Origin: Candidatus Poseidoniales archaeon
GTDB lineage: Archaea > Thermoplasmatota > Poseidoniia > Poseidoniales > Thalassarchaeaceae
DNA length: 64,000 nucleotides
Assembly: GCA_028283505.1 (NCBI GenBank)
Contig: JAPOFX010000001.1
Coordinates: forward strand, 8,197 to 72,196
Direction: 5' to 3'
Shown here: piece by piece, positions 27,886 through 37,518 of the stretch
Position numbering within the stretch: the first letter of the stretch is position 1
Layout: the number at the start of each line of letters is the position of its first letter
Translations under genes and position numbers: made by a program
The notes under the pieces: generated by a model
Told to the model about the DNA's origin: nothing
Seen by the model: the letters and a program-made list of their open reading frames with translations, nothing else
Databases searched by the model: none

Positions 27886-29963
27886 GAGGACTTGTACATT
27901 GGTCTCCTTCCTTCTATCAGCGCGCTCAATCCCTCTTCGGCATCTGAAGTACCGAAGATCTCCTCAAGCCTTTCCAGCTCTAGCTTGAGCCCATCCTCTA
28001 AACTAGAACCATTAGTTGCGTAGGATAGAAGCTCGCTTGCTATCCTAAGGGCGATAGGCGCGCCCCTGGATAGAGCCTTGACTTGTCTTGATACCATTGG
28101 ATCATCGGGATCGAAACCTGATGGGATTTCCCCCTCCAACAAAGCTCCAATATTTGTGTCAGAGTAAAATTTCTTTGAGAAATCAACCACCTTACTAACT
28201 TCATTTGCAGGCCGAAATGGATACTTATTGTCAGGCTTGGTCCCAATCAGAGAACTTACCACTGAATCAACTTCGGTAGGATCAACGTTGTGGGTCAGTA
28301 GCCCCAGGTCATATGCAGTAACAGAGTCAAGAAAGTTTCCGGCCAGTATTGCGTATCGAGAACATTCCAAGCCACAAATTCTTGCTGTTCTTTGAGTCCC
28401 CCCAAGTCCAGGGTATATTCCTATCGACGTTTCGGGAAATCTGAATTGACTCCTTCTTGTCCCTATTCTGTAATCGCACGATAGCGCGAGTTCGAGCCCT
28501 CCTCCCAACGCCAAACCAGTTGTTAGCGCAATCGTGGTTTTTTGACTGTTTTCGATGCTATCCAAAACTTCATGACCCTTCGATGTGAATTCGAAGATCT
28601 CCCCAAAGGAGTCTTCTCTTAGCTTGTCAACAAAGAATTTTACGTCCGCACCAGCAACAAATGCCTTACCTGCTCCCTCGAAGATAATGGTGGAGATATC
28701 AGACCTAGAATTAACTTCGTCTACGGCCAAACCAAGTTGTGTGACCAGGTCTACATTCAGTGCATTCATCGCCTCGGGCCTGTTTAGCTTTACCTTGGCT
28801 ACATGGCCCTCAATTTCCAAATCAACGTACGAGAATTTGAATTTTTCTTTCCTGTTTATGAACCATGCTGGTACTTCGATGTTCGCCATATCAGAGTAGT
28901 CAGATGCCATTCTTGACGCATTACTTACCCCAATCTCATTCGCTATCTCGAAAGGACCTTTTGCCCATCTGAGGCCAACCTTGGCCCCTCTATCCACATC
29001 TTCCATTGAACATACTCCCTCTTCCACAATCTGCGAGGAAACCGAGAAAACTTGTCCCAGTAGCCTCTCGGAAATTATCTTACTAGTTTCCTGGTCGATA
29101 TCCTCAGGTCCATTAATATCCCACATACTCCCTTCTTCTACCAGTTTTCTGAGATTAGCCGCTCCCCTGTATCTGGGGGTTTCTAGTTGTTCAGCCAGAT
29201 AGTCAGTCGAGTGAAGAGCTATAGGCGGACCAGTCAGATTCATCAGGGCGAAGGGACCCATTCCTATGTCAAACGATTTTCTTGAAACTGCATCTATCTG
29301 TGCCGCTGTACCAACTCCCTCTTCCAGCAATAAGCACGCCTCGTTAAGCCAGGGAACAAAGAACCGGTTGACAACGAATCCCGGTCTATCCTTGCAGACA
29401 ATAACCACCTTACCCATAGATTTGCAGTATTGTTCAACCAACTTAACGCTCTCCTCAGAAGTCATAGATGCCGGAATAATCTCCACAAGCCTGTTCTTTG
29501 CGGGATGATAAAAGAAGTGAAGACCTACAAATCTATCTGGCCTTCCCGTAACTTCAGCTAGCTTATCGACGGAAAGAGAGGAAGTGTTACTAGCAAAGAT
29601 AGTGCCGTCTCCACAGACTTTGTTTAGAGTTTGGAAAACCGATTTCTTTACGTCAAAATCCTCGAAAACCGCCTCAATCACCAAATCAGTGCTTGGATCT
29701 ACATTCTCAGTTCCAACAACCCCAGAGATTCTTGATTTTATTTCTTCGACCTGCTTGGGGTTGAAAATACGTCTCTCTTCCGCCTCATCAAGAAAGCTCG
29801 ATACGATTCTCTGTCCTCTGTCTACCCACTCAAGCTCCCTATCGACCATCTGTACTATGAATCGTTCTTGTGCGCTTTTCTGTGCTATTCCGGAGCCCAT
29901 GTTCCCTGCACCAATGACTGCCACTTTCTCAATCGGTCCCATGACCCCCGGACGCGGGTCCAA
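27882..29963 (-). CDS. Fused 3-hydroxyacyl-CoA dehydrogenase / enoyl-CoA hydratase (fatty-acid beta-oxidation multifunctional protein)
   Basis: 693 aa. The N-terminal half has a 3HCDH NAD-binding motif VAVIGAGNMGSGIAQ. The C-terminal half is crotonase-fold (FVAGADVKFF, oxyanion-hole region). Confidence 0.85.
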   Translation of the reverse strand: MDPRPGVMGPIEKVAVIGAGNMGSGIAQKSAQERFIVQMVDRELEWVDRGQRIVSSFLDEAEERRIFNPKQVEEIKSRISGVVGTENVDPSTDLVIEAVFEDFDVKKSVFQTLNKVCGDGTIFASNTSSLSVDKLAEVTGRPDRFVGLHFFYHPAKNRLVEIIPASMTSEESVKLVEQYCKSMGKVVIVCKDRPGFVVNRFFVPWLNEACLLLEEGVGTAAQIDAVSRKSFDIGMGPFALMNLTGPPIALHSTDYLAEQLETPRYRGAANLRKLVEEGSMWDINGPEDIDQETSKIISERLLGQVFSVSSQIVEEGVCSMEDVDRGAKVGLRWAKGPFEIANEIGVSNASRMASDYSDMANIEVPAWFINRKEKFKFSYVDLEIEGHVAKVKLNRPEAMNALNVDLVTQLGLAVDEVNSRSDISTIIFEGAGKAFVAGADVKFFVDKLREDSFGEIFEFTSKGHEVLDSIENSQKTTIALTTGLALGGGLELALSCDYRIGTRRSQFRFPETSIGIYPGLGGTQRTARICGLECSRYAILAGNFLDSVTAYDLGLLTHNVDPTEVDSVVSSLIGTKPDNKYPFRPANEVSKVVDFSKKFYSDTNIGALLEGEIPSGFDPDDPMVSRQVKALSRGAPIALRIASELLSYATNGSSLEDGLKLELERLEEIFGTSDAEEGLSALIEGRRPMYKSS

Positions 29964-30046
29964 TCAATGAATGCAACGGATAGGAGGGCTAAGAAAACCC
30001 TCACAGAAAGAAAGAATTTATTCATCACACACAACACAAGGACGCC

Positions 30047-32698
30047 ATGGCGTCACGACGCGTAGTCTCCGTGGCAATCATAATCATCCTGCTATCCTCT
30101 GTTTCCCAAGTAGCCATTGCGAACAGTAATGGCAGGTTCAATTCCTATAATGGGTGCAACTGTCATGGTGGTTCAGCGGCGTCGCCAACTCCCACCCATA
30201 ACTTTCCATCTACATACTCGCCTGGACAGACTTACTCACTGAGCATAGGGATGACTGGAGGAGTCTCTGGGTCAAAGGGAGGATTCAATCTGCATGTTTC
30301 GGATGGAACGCTTGCGACGGGTGTGGGAATAATGAACACTCAGATAAATTCTGCTGCCAATCAGGCAACACACCAGTTCCCAGATTACAGAAGCTGGGGT
30401 ATTGAATGGACTGCTCCCTCTTCGGGATCAGGAACTGTAACATTCTCTCTGGCTGTCATGGCAGCAAATGGAAATGGTAACAATGGTGGAGATGGTTGGG
30501 CAACAGTATCATTCCAGTCTAGTGAGGACTCAGGCTCCACAAATACCCCTCCCGAGGTATCTTCAGTAAGCTACATGCCGTCTGAGCCAACTAAGGAAAC
30601 AGGACTATCAGTTTCCTACAATTATTACGATGCAGATGGCGATTTTGAACAAGGGACCAGGATCCATTGGTTCAGGGATGGCCTAAGAGTGACTCAGATA
30701 GATGATTTAACCGATGTACCAAGTAGCTTAATCTCGAAGGGACAAAGCTGGAGTGTTGAGGTTACCCCAAACGATGGAAATGAATTTGGAGATACTGTTT
30801 CTCTAAATCCTGTGACAATAGGCAATACATTGCCAATAGCGAGAAGCCTGTCTATCAGCCCAGAATCACCTATGGATGATGATGATTTAACCCTATCATG
30901 GGACTATTATGATCTAGACGGAGATCCTGAGGACCCTCAACAGACACAAATATACTGGTTCCTAGACGGGTCGAGAGTTACCGAATTAGACGGGGAACTC
31001 ACAGTTTCCAGCTTCATGATTAGGTCAGGAGACGAGTGGGAGGCATCTGTGACTCCCAGCGACTCATCGGAATATGGGGACACTGCATTCTCCGGAAAAG
31101 TGGTAATCGGGTCCTCAAATACCGGACCTTCGGTTTCCGCATTCATATCGACTTCAGGAAATACGTTGACCACTGATTCCTTACAACTTATTTACACACC
31201 CTATGATCCAGATGGAGATGAAATCCAATCGACCGAAATTAGGTGGTACAGGGACTCAGTGATGGTCGCAACTTTCAATGATGAGACAATAGTTCACCCC
31301 TCGTTCACTTCCAAAGGTGAGTCTTGGGAATCTCATGTGAGGGTATTCGATGGGTTGGTGTGGTCAGATTGGTCTGTAACTTTGCCCGTCTCTATTGTGA
31401 ACACACCCCCCGTGGTCACGAATATATCACTGATTCCTGAGGGAAAGCTAACAACTGATTCTGATCTAAACGTGTTATGGGAGCAATATGATGAGGATGG
31501 AGACTTGGAATTTGGAAGCCAGATTCGTTGGTGGGTTGATGGTGAGTGGGTTACTGAGTATGATGGAATGACCTCAATACCAGCGTCTGAAGTGGACAGG
31601 GACGAGCATTGGTCAGTGCAGGTAATACCTGGTGACGGTGAAGGACTTGGGACTTCAATGAAAACCAACTCGAGAGTAATCGAGAACGCAAACCCTGAAA
31701 TTCTCGAAATTCTCCTTCATGGATCTGCTTCCGTAGAAATGCCAACTCCGCCCGATTCGCTGAGTGATCTTATAGCGGTCACTGTCACCCAGGACCCGGA
31801 TGATGAGCCGGTAGAACTCGACTATACTTGGTCGAGGGATGGGTTCGTGATTCCTGATCTAGAAGGGTCTGATAGGGTGGATCAGATTAGGCTCGAGCCT
31901 GGTCAAGAGTGGGAGGTTATTGTTACAGCTACCGATCCTTGGGGACTTTCAGCAAATTTGTCCGCACATACAATCATCTCCAACATCGCGCCTGTTGCGT
32001 CGTGGACAGTCACACCATCTCCTCCATTACCTGGCTCTCTAGCAACATTTGATGCAATATCCTCAACCGACCCTGATGGAGTAATCTCCGTATATACTTG
32101 GGTTATAGATGGAGTAGAGGTATCCGGAAGCAGAGTAGATGTGATCCTGGGCCCCGGCCCTCACTCAATCGAGCTAACTGTACTGGATAACTTACAGTCA
32201 GCTAGTACTACTGCTTCCACGATAGTTTACGGAGATGTTCAGACTACTACCTCTTTGGTAGCTAACCTAAATGGGGAACAGGTTTCGTTAAGTTGGCAAG
32301 GAACATCAGGTGATTACAGGATATACAGATCGACGAGCCCCATTTCATCTGTGGTGGGGTTAACAATGTTTGATGAACAGCCTAATTGGGGAGAGGAAAT
32401 CCCACAACCTTTGCAGCCAGTAGGAACTACAGAATACCTAGAGTGGAGTGAACCAGCCCCAGTAGCCACCGATCTATACTACGCGGTAACTTCAGTAGTC
32501 GATGGCAGAGAGGTTGTTTGGATAGTGGATGGAGAGAACCACGTGAATATTGACGCATCGTCTATTGCTTCTTCCGGGCCCGAACCTGTTGATGAGACAA
32601 GCCAACTGACAACCACACTAATTTCCGGTGCTATGGCGTCCCTGGGAATCATTTCTCTGGCCATCGCTATCTACGACAATAGGAGGAAATTGAAGTGA
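30047..32698 (+). CDS. Large anchored surface protein: signal peptide, N-terminal Cys-x-Cys-His module, five tandem roughly 100-aa DxDGD-containing repeats, PKD-like domain, C-terminal TM anchor
   Basis: 883 aa. Signal peptide MASRRVVSVAIIIILLSSVSQVAIA. Repeats are recognisable by YYDADGD / YYDLDGD / YDPDGD / YDEDGD followed by W(F/Y/W)xDG. The PKD-like segment is FDAISSTDPDGVISVYTWVIDG. The C-terminal hydrophobic helix is followed by a basic tail RRKLK. Confidence 0.6.
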   Translation: MASRRVVSVAIIIILLSSVSQVAIANSNGRFNSYNGCNCHGGSAASPTPTHNFPSTYSPGQTYSLSIGMTGGVSGSKGGFNLHVSDGTLATGVGIMNTQINSAANQATHQFPDYRSWGIEWTAPSSGSGTVTFSLAVMAANGNGNNGGDGWATVSFQSSEDSGSTNTPPEVSSVSYMPSEPTKETGLSVSYNYYDADGDFEQGTRIHWFRDGLRVTQIDDLTDVPSSLISKGQSWSVEVTPNDGNEFGDTVSLNPVTIGNTLPIARSLSISPESPMDDDDLTLSWDYYDLDGDPEDPQQTQIYWFLDGSRVTELDGELTVSSFMIRSGDEWEASVTPSDSSEYGDTAFSGKVVIGSSNTGPSVSAFISTSGNTLTTDSLQLIYTPYDPDGDEIQSTEIRWYRDSVMVATFNDETIVHPSFTSKGESWESHVRVFDGLVWSDWSVTLPVSIVNTPPVVTNISLIPEGKLTTDSDLNVLWEQYDEDGDLEFGSQIRWWVDGEWVTEYDGMTSIPASEVDRDEHWSVQVIPGDGEGLGTSMKTNSRVIENANPEILEILLHGSASVEMPTPPDSLSDLIAVTVTQDPDDEPVELDYTWSRDGFVIPDLEGSDRVDQIRLEPGQEWEVIVTATDPWGLSANLSAHTIISNIAPVASWTVTPSPPLPGSLATFDAISSTDPDGVISVYTWVIDGVEVSGSRVDVILGPGPHSIELTVLDNLQSASTTASTIVYGDVQTTTSLVANLNGEQVSLSWQGTSGDYRIYRSTSPISSVVGLTMFDEQPNWGEEIPQPLQPVGTTEYLEWSEPAPVATDLYYAVTSVVDGREVVWIVDGENHVNIDASSIASSGPEPVDETSQLTTTLISGAMASLGIISLAIAIYDNRRKLK

Positions 32699-33774
32699 AT
32701 AGATTTGTCATCGTCACTCTTCTATCTGTCTCTCTCGTACTTGCACCTGGATCCTCCTTGGCGAATCCAGGAGGGAATGGAGATGCTGATAGAGACTACT
32801 CCTGTGGAGGGTCGTGCCATGGGGATCCGTCCCTAAGCATGCCCTCGGATGCTACCATAGAGATCACGCTTGGAAACGAGGCATTCTCAGGACAAGCAGT
32901 CTCCGTAGAAGTGACCGTTTCTGATGTCAGCTCTCCCTCGAATATTGTTGGCATATTCCTCCTAAGCTCGCTAAACGGAAACTCAGATACCCCTGAGGAT
33001 CATGGATGGCATATTATTCAAGATCCAAATGGTGGCTCATCGAACTACATCGAAACCAAAATGCCTCCCTCTGGGTCTATTGCCGCAACTTGGGTATTGC
33101 TTTCGCCAGAAACCCTAGGAAGCAATAATCTGTACGCAGAGATCCACCACGGATCTTACGGGGGAGAAAAGGCATACACGGGAGTAAGTGAAGCCTTCGA
33201 GGTATTTGTCAACGATGTCCCCGAAGGACTACCGGGAATGTCTAATGAGTGGGTTGCGCCATCATTTAGGGTGTCAGGTGACGACTCCCCCATACATATC
33301 AGCACCAGAAACTCGACTGACATCTCTGTCGAATGGATGATAGAGGGTGAATGGGAACCAATCCCAGCCCCAGTCCAGTGTACCTCTGATTCAGAAGGTG
33401 GGGTATGCAATGATTGGGAGGTGAGAATTCCAGCCACTATGGGGGAGATAGAAATTATCTACAGGATAACAACATATAACGGGACCTTCTCAATAAAACA
33501 ACCCTGGCTTAAGATGGGCACTGCACCACCACCGTTTGAGGGGGATATTTGGTCAGCAAGAGCCCACTCATTCGCGTTCGCACTCTTAGTTATCTCAATG
33601 TTAGTATCTTTGCAAGGGAGACTTTCCCCGACTGTCAAGAGAGAGGAAATCGACGAAAAAGGACTTGTAGATAACTCATCCCTCATTAGGTCTGAAGATA
33701 ATCCAGGCTGGCTTTGGAATCCAGAAACAGGGGAATGGGTGGAAGACCAGGAATACAAAGAGGGGGCAGAGTAA
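32695..33774 (+). CDS. Secreted, C-terminally anchored protein sharing the N-terminal Cys-x(n)-Cys-His-Gly module with the upstream gene
   Basis: 359 aa. Its start overlaps the upstream stop (ATGA). Signal peptide MNRFVIVTLLSVSLVLAPGSSLA. The motif YSCGGSCHGD sits right after the cleavage region. A TM helix lies near the C-terminus (FAFALLVISMLVSL). Confidence 0.55.
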   Translation: MNRFVIVTLLSVSLVLAPGSSLANPGGNGDADRDYSCGGSCHGDPSLSMPSDATIEITLGNEAFSGQAVSVEVTVSDVSSPSNIVGIFLLSSLNGNSDTPEDHGWHIIQDPNGGSSNYIETKMPPSGSIAATWVLLSPETLGSNNLYAEIHHGSYGGEKAYTGVSEAFEVFVNDVPEGLPGMSNEWVAPSFRVSGDDSPIHISTRNSTDISVEWMIEGEWEPIPAPVQCTSDSEGGVCNDWEVRIPATMGEIEIIYRITTYNGTFSIKQPWLKMGTAPPPFEGDIWSARAHSFAFALLVISMLVSLQGRLSPTVKREEIDEKGLVDNSSLIRSEDNPGWLWNPETGEWVEDQEYKEGAE

Positions 33775-34364
33775 TGGTCAGCTCAGCAACACTGCATACT
33801 TCCATGGCTGAGGTTGTTGTGGGATCCATGGTACTCGCTACAATCTGTGCTGTCGGATGCTTGGCATCTCGGGCGCTCGCTCCCTCCAAGATTAACAACG
33901 AGTCTCTTTTTATTACCATGGACAGAGCATCTCTGGCTGGTTCATTTCTTGCCTTGGTCTTCCTCCCAATTGCTATCATGACGGGAAATCTTGCTGCAGA
34001 AAGCCACTCAAGCAGTGCTCTGTTGTACAACAAATTTGTTTACAGTGGATTGGCACTAGGTTTCTGGGCCGCCTTTGTAATCGGAAGAATAAGATTGGGA
34101 GAGGCATTATGGGAGGCGAGACAATTAGCGATACTCCAATCCGCGACAGCTTGCATGGCATTTCTGATGACAACTATTTCCGCCTCGATAGGCGGAAAGC
34201 TTTCCAGAGGTGAATCTCTTCTCGATCTTCTTCCATTTTCGCTTCCTTTAGACTCCGCATCAATACTTCCCCTGTGGGCGTCGTCGACCCTCCTTTTGTT
34301 GGGGATAATATCTACAACTGTAGTTTTCAGACTTACACTTCTGAGAGTACACATTACCGACTAA
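33774..34364 (+). CDS. Polytopic integral membrane protein (about 197 aa, at least 5 predicted TM helices), third gene of the envelope operon
   Basis: Its start ATG overlaps the upstream TAA (TAATG at 33772-33776). The sequence is hydrophobic throughout. The ORF-track start (33714) lies inside the upstream gene. Confidence 0.5.
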   Translation: MVSSATLHTSMAEVVVGSMVLATICAVGCLASRALAPSKINNESLFITMDRASLAGSFLALVFLPIAIMTGNLAAESHSSSALLYNKFVYSGLALGFWAAFVIGRIRLGEALWEARQLAILQSATACMAFLMTTISASIGGKLSRGESLLDLLPFSLPLDSASILPLWASSTLLLLGIISTTVVFRLTLLRVHITD

Positions 34365-35566
34365 TTTCTAGAAATCTCGATAAAAATATTCTCCAGTCTC
34401 TCCGAAAAGCTATCGGGGTTCAAACCTTTAGTCAATATATTCTTCCTACCATTTTCCGCCCACTTCAGGCGGGTGTCTTCTTCCCCGGCTTCCGTCAGAG
34501 CATCGTGCCATGCTGAGTAGTCACCCCTGGGAAGCAGTCTTCCCGACTTTCTATCTGAGATTGTCTCCCTGAATCCTCCCTCATCTACAAATAGTGCGGG
34601 TGTCCCAATTGTTTGTGCCTCAATCGGACTTAAACCGAACGGCTCAGAATGAGCCATGCTAACTACGGCCCTCGCTCCCCTAACAACACTGCACAGATCA
34701 GCGGAGCTCAGTCTGGGCGCTATCCATATTCCCACCTCGCATTCCTCTGCATGACTAATCAGTGAATCAAGGTCATCTGAATCGCCCCCACCTATGAGTG
34801 CCAAGGAATGACCACTACCTTGTAGCATGGAAACCGTCTCCCATGTACCCTTAACCCAACTCGCCTTTCCTATCGTCACTACATATGGTTCACTGGGCCC
34901 CTCCACCTTGTTGGGCTCATCATTCAAAGGATTTTGAGTAAACTCATCTATTCCCAAGCTAGGCAGGAGAACTCCAGAGGGTACCCCATATACATCGCCG
35001 ATTCTCGATGAAGTAAATTCTGAGTTTCCGCTAATGAAGGACCTATCTCTAGCATAGAGCTCTCTGATAGTCGTAAGATCCCTCTTCCTTGCCAGTGTCA
35101 AGGCGGCCTTCGTCAAACCTAGATTTCTCTTAGGACTGCCATCAATCCTCCTATGAAGTACATCCTCATGAAGTCCCCTGTGCGGCTCTAGGAGGTGTAA
35201 GTGAATCGCAACATCATCGGGTAGGATTTCCAAAATGGCCAAGCTACCATCTCCGCTTGTTAGGTGAATGCAGTCCAATCCACTCATCCCATCCATCAGC
35301 TCAGTGATTGACTTCCAGCATTCCGTTGCCCTGGAAAAGTCGGAATCGAGAACTCTAGAAACCACACTGCTGGATTTAGACCACTCCAGACTTGGTAACA
35401 TCAACTGAACGCCAATTTCCCTGCAGACACTCTCCAGCTCCGCAGAACTTTCCAATGTCGCTACAGACACAGAAAATGTCTTAGACAACGATGGAAGATT
35501 TCTAATTATGTCCCGCTCAGCTCCTCCCATGGGTGCGAAGCTTCCCTTGGCGACTAGCAACCTCAT
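34361..35566 (-). CDS. Glycosyltransferase family 4 (GT-B fold)
   Basis: It has the C-terminal GT4 signature EPFGLSPIEAQTIGTPALFVDEGG. The likely start is MRLLVAKGSFAPMGGAE (ATG 35566); the track start is 35617. Confidence 0.75.
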   Translation of the reverse strand: MRLLVAKGSFAPMGGAERDIIRNLPSLSKTFSVSVATLESSAELESVCREIGVQLMLPSLEWSKSSSVVSRVLDSDFSRATECWKSITELMDGMSGLDCIHLTSGDGSLAILEILPDDVAIHLHLLEPHRGLHEDVLHRRIDGSPKRNLGLTKAALTLARKRDLTTIRELYARDRSFISGNSEFTSSRIGDVYGVPSGVLLPSLGIDEFTQNPLNDEPNKVEGPSEPYVVTIGKASWVKGTWETVSMLQGSGHSLALIGGGDSDDLDSLISHAEECEVGIWIAPRLSSADLCSVVRGARAVVSMAHSEPFGLSPIEAQTIGTPALFVDEGGFRETISDRKSGRLLPRGDYSAWHDALTEAGEEDTRLKWAENGRKNILTKGLNPDSFSERLENIFIEISRN

Positions 35567-35652
35567 ACGGGAATCCCCAGCCCTCCCACCGTTACTCTCC
35601 ATGCGGTTCCATCGCACGTCCTCGTTTAAGTCCGATACGGTTTGGTGAGACC

Positions 35653-36741
35653 ATGGTTAGGAGAGTTCTGCTGGTTAGGGGCCCCCGCCTTTCCAAAGAT
35701 TCAGGACTAGGGAGGGCACATCACTCAATCGAGACCTTGCTGAAAAGAGCACTCGTACCAAATTGGACAAAAATCAAAACTATCGAACACAAACAAATTG
35801 ATACTCTATTTTCAAAAGCTATGAAAAGATGGTTCTCCCATCCAAGAATAGTAAGTCAAGTATCAGAGTCAACAGAGGCTGATTTGATCCACATCACAGA
35901 TCAAGAACAAGCGCATTTAGTTCCAAAAAAAAGTAAGGTTCCGGTAATTGTCACAGTACATGACTTGTTTCATATCAGACCGAGAATTATAGATGGTGGT
36001 GACGTACTAGTTCCAGTAGGAGACCAAAAACCGGGATTCTTCAGGAGGATAGATCTCAAAAATCTGGAGAAAGGACTTCAAAGAGCAGATTTGCTGATTT
36101 GCATTTCCGAGGCCACATTGGGGGATGTGAAGAAAACGTTCCCAGGAAAGCCTGTTGCCCTAGTAAGACACCAAATCGATACTGAATACTGGAGTCCGAC
36201 GCTAAATCCCATGTCTAGGGATATCCTCGGTGATCTGGACGATGAATCAAAGATGCTTGTGATAACACTAGGGAGCAATGAGAAAAGAAAGAGACTGGAT
36301 TTTGTTAGGAGGGTGATTTCCTCCTTGCCCGAAGAGGTCTCCAACGACATAAATCTGATTCATATGGGGAGTGATGTCAAAGTATCAGATGACCAACTCC
36401 TCGCGGCATTGCAAAATGCAGAGGTACTCCTATTCCCCAGCGCAAGCGAAGGATTTGGCTACCCACCTGCCGAGGCGATGGCTGCTGGATGTCTGGTTCT
36501 CGCCTCCGACCTGCCCGCACATAATGAGATAATTCCAGATAGCAACCTTCTGCCTCCGACCTCAATCCAAGACTGGGTGAGTGAGCTTACGAAAATCCAT
36601 GCTGATTGGAGGGCGGCAGGAGGAGTTCCAAGGCACCCATCAGACGAGCTGATGGAACACGTGAAGAATATTCTAAGTCCTGAATCCCAGGGAAAATCAC
36701 TAGCAGAAGCTTATGAGAAAGTTTTCCTCGCTCGAAAATAA
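35653..36741 (+). CDS. Glycosyltransferase family 4 (GT-B fold)
   Basis: It has the signature SEGFGYPPAEAMAAGCLVLASDLPAHNEII. It is divergent from the previous GT4 gene. Start chosen at MVRRVLLV (ATG 35653). Confidence 0.75.
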   Translation: MVRRVLLVRGPRLSKDSGLGRAHHSIETLLKRALVPNWTKIKTIEHKQIDTLFSKAMKRWFSHPRIVSQVSESTEADLIHITDQEQAHLVPKKSKVPVIVTVHDLFHIRPRIIDGGDVLVPVGDQKPGFFRRIDLKNLEKGLQRADLLICISEATLGDVKKTFPGKPVALVRHQIDTEYWSPTLNPMSRDILGDLDDESKMLVITLGSNEKRKRLDFVRRVISSLPEEVSNDINLIHMGSDVKVSDDQLLAALQNAEVLLFPSASEGFGYPPAEAMAAGCLVLASDLPAHNEIIPDSNLLPPTSIQDWVSELTKIHADWRAAGGVPRHPSDELMEHVKNILSPESQGKSLAEAYEKVFLARK

Positions 36742-36789
36742 AATTGAAGATCGCATTACGACTGATTATAAGCTCTGGTTAAGACGTAG

Positions 36790-37518
36790 TTGCACGCTCA
36801 GGAGGGGGCCCAGATACTAGAAGTAAACAATCTGAAGAAGGCCTTCGGCTCTGGAAGGAGTAGACTTGAAGTCCTTAAGGGAATAGACTTGAACATTGAG
36901 TCCGGTGAACTTGTAGCTCTGATGGGACCTTCCGGATGTGGTAAGTCAACTCTTCTGAACATAATAGGGGGCCTTCTCGAAGCCGACTCCGGGCATATCT
37001 CATTGAACGAATTTCATTACGGAACGAATCCCCCAAGCAGGGTTGTCGATGTCAGAAGGAGTGGAGTAGGATGGATATTCCAAGATTTTCATCTGGTTGA
37101 AAGGCTCTCCGCGCTCGACAATGTCATATTTGCTTTGGAGCTGTCAGGAGTTCCGACATCCCTCGCAGAGTCGCAGGCCGAGGAGGCTCTGCGCAAAGTC
37201 GGTCTGTCAGACAGGATGAACTTCATCCCCGACCAGCTTTCAGGAGGGCAAAGGCAGAGGGTCGCAATCGCCAGGGCGATCTCCGGCTCAAGGCCTCTCA
37301 TACTTGCCGATGAGCCGACTGGTAATCTTGATGTCAAGAATGCAGAAGGAATTCTTGATCTGTTCAAGGAACTCTGCAAGGACTACGGAATATCCGTCCT
37401 TATGGTCACACATGACCCGAACCTAGCATCTAAGGCAGACAGAATGCTACTGCTGAAGGACGGTGTCACTGCCGCTTCAGATATCAGATCTGCATGGGGA
37501 ACGGCGGGTGACAAATGA
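36790..37518 (+). CDS. ABC transporter ATP-binding protein (MacB/LolD-like)
   Basis: Walker [10 protein letters not shown], signature [14 protein letters not shown], Walker B LILADEPT. The stop overlaps the permease start. Confidence 0.85.
   Translation: MHAQEGAQILEVNNLKKAFGSGRSRLEVLKGIDLNIESGELVALMGPSGCGKSTLLNIIGGLLEADSGHISLNEFHYGTNPPSRVVDVRRSGVGWIFQDFHLVERLSALDNVIFALELSGVPTSLAESQAEEALRKVGLSDRMNFIPDQLSGGQRQRVAIARAISGSRPLILADEPTGNLDVKNAEGILDLFKELCKDYGISVLMVTHDPNLASKADRMLLLKDGVTAASDIRSAWGTAGDK

Noticed and set aside
30154-30171. Canonical CXXCH haem c sites in the secreted proteins of the window
   Set aside because: I looked for classic C-x-x-C-H in the large secreted proteins (1-3280, 22873-23538, 30047-33774, 52818-55772, 59725-61722) and saw none. 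I saw only the non-canonical C-x-C-H and C-x3-C-H motifs, which I report as a low-confidence finding rather than calling these cytochromes.
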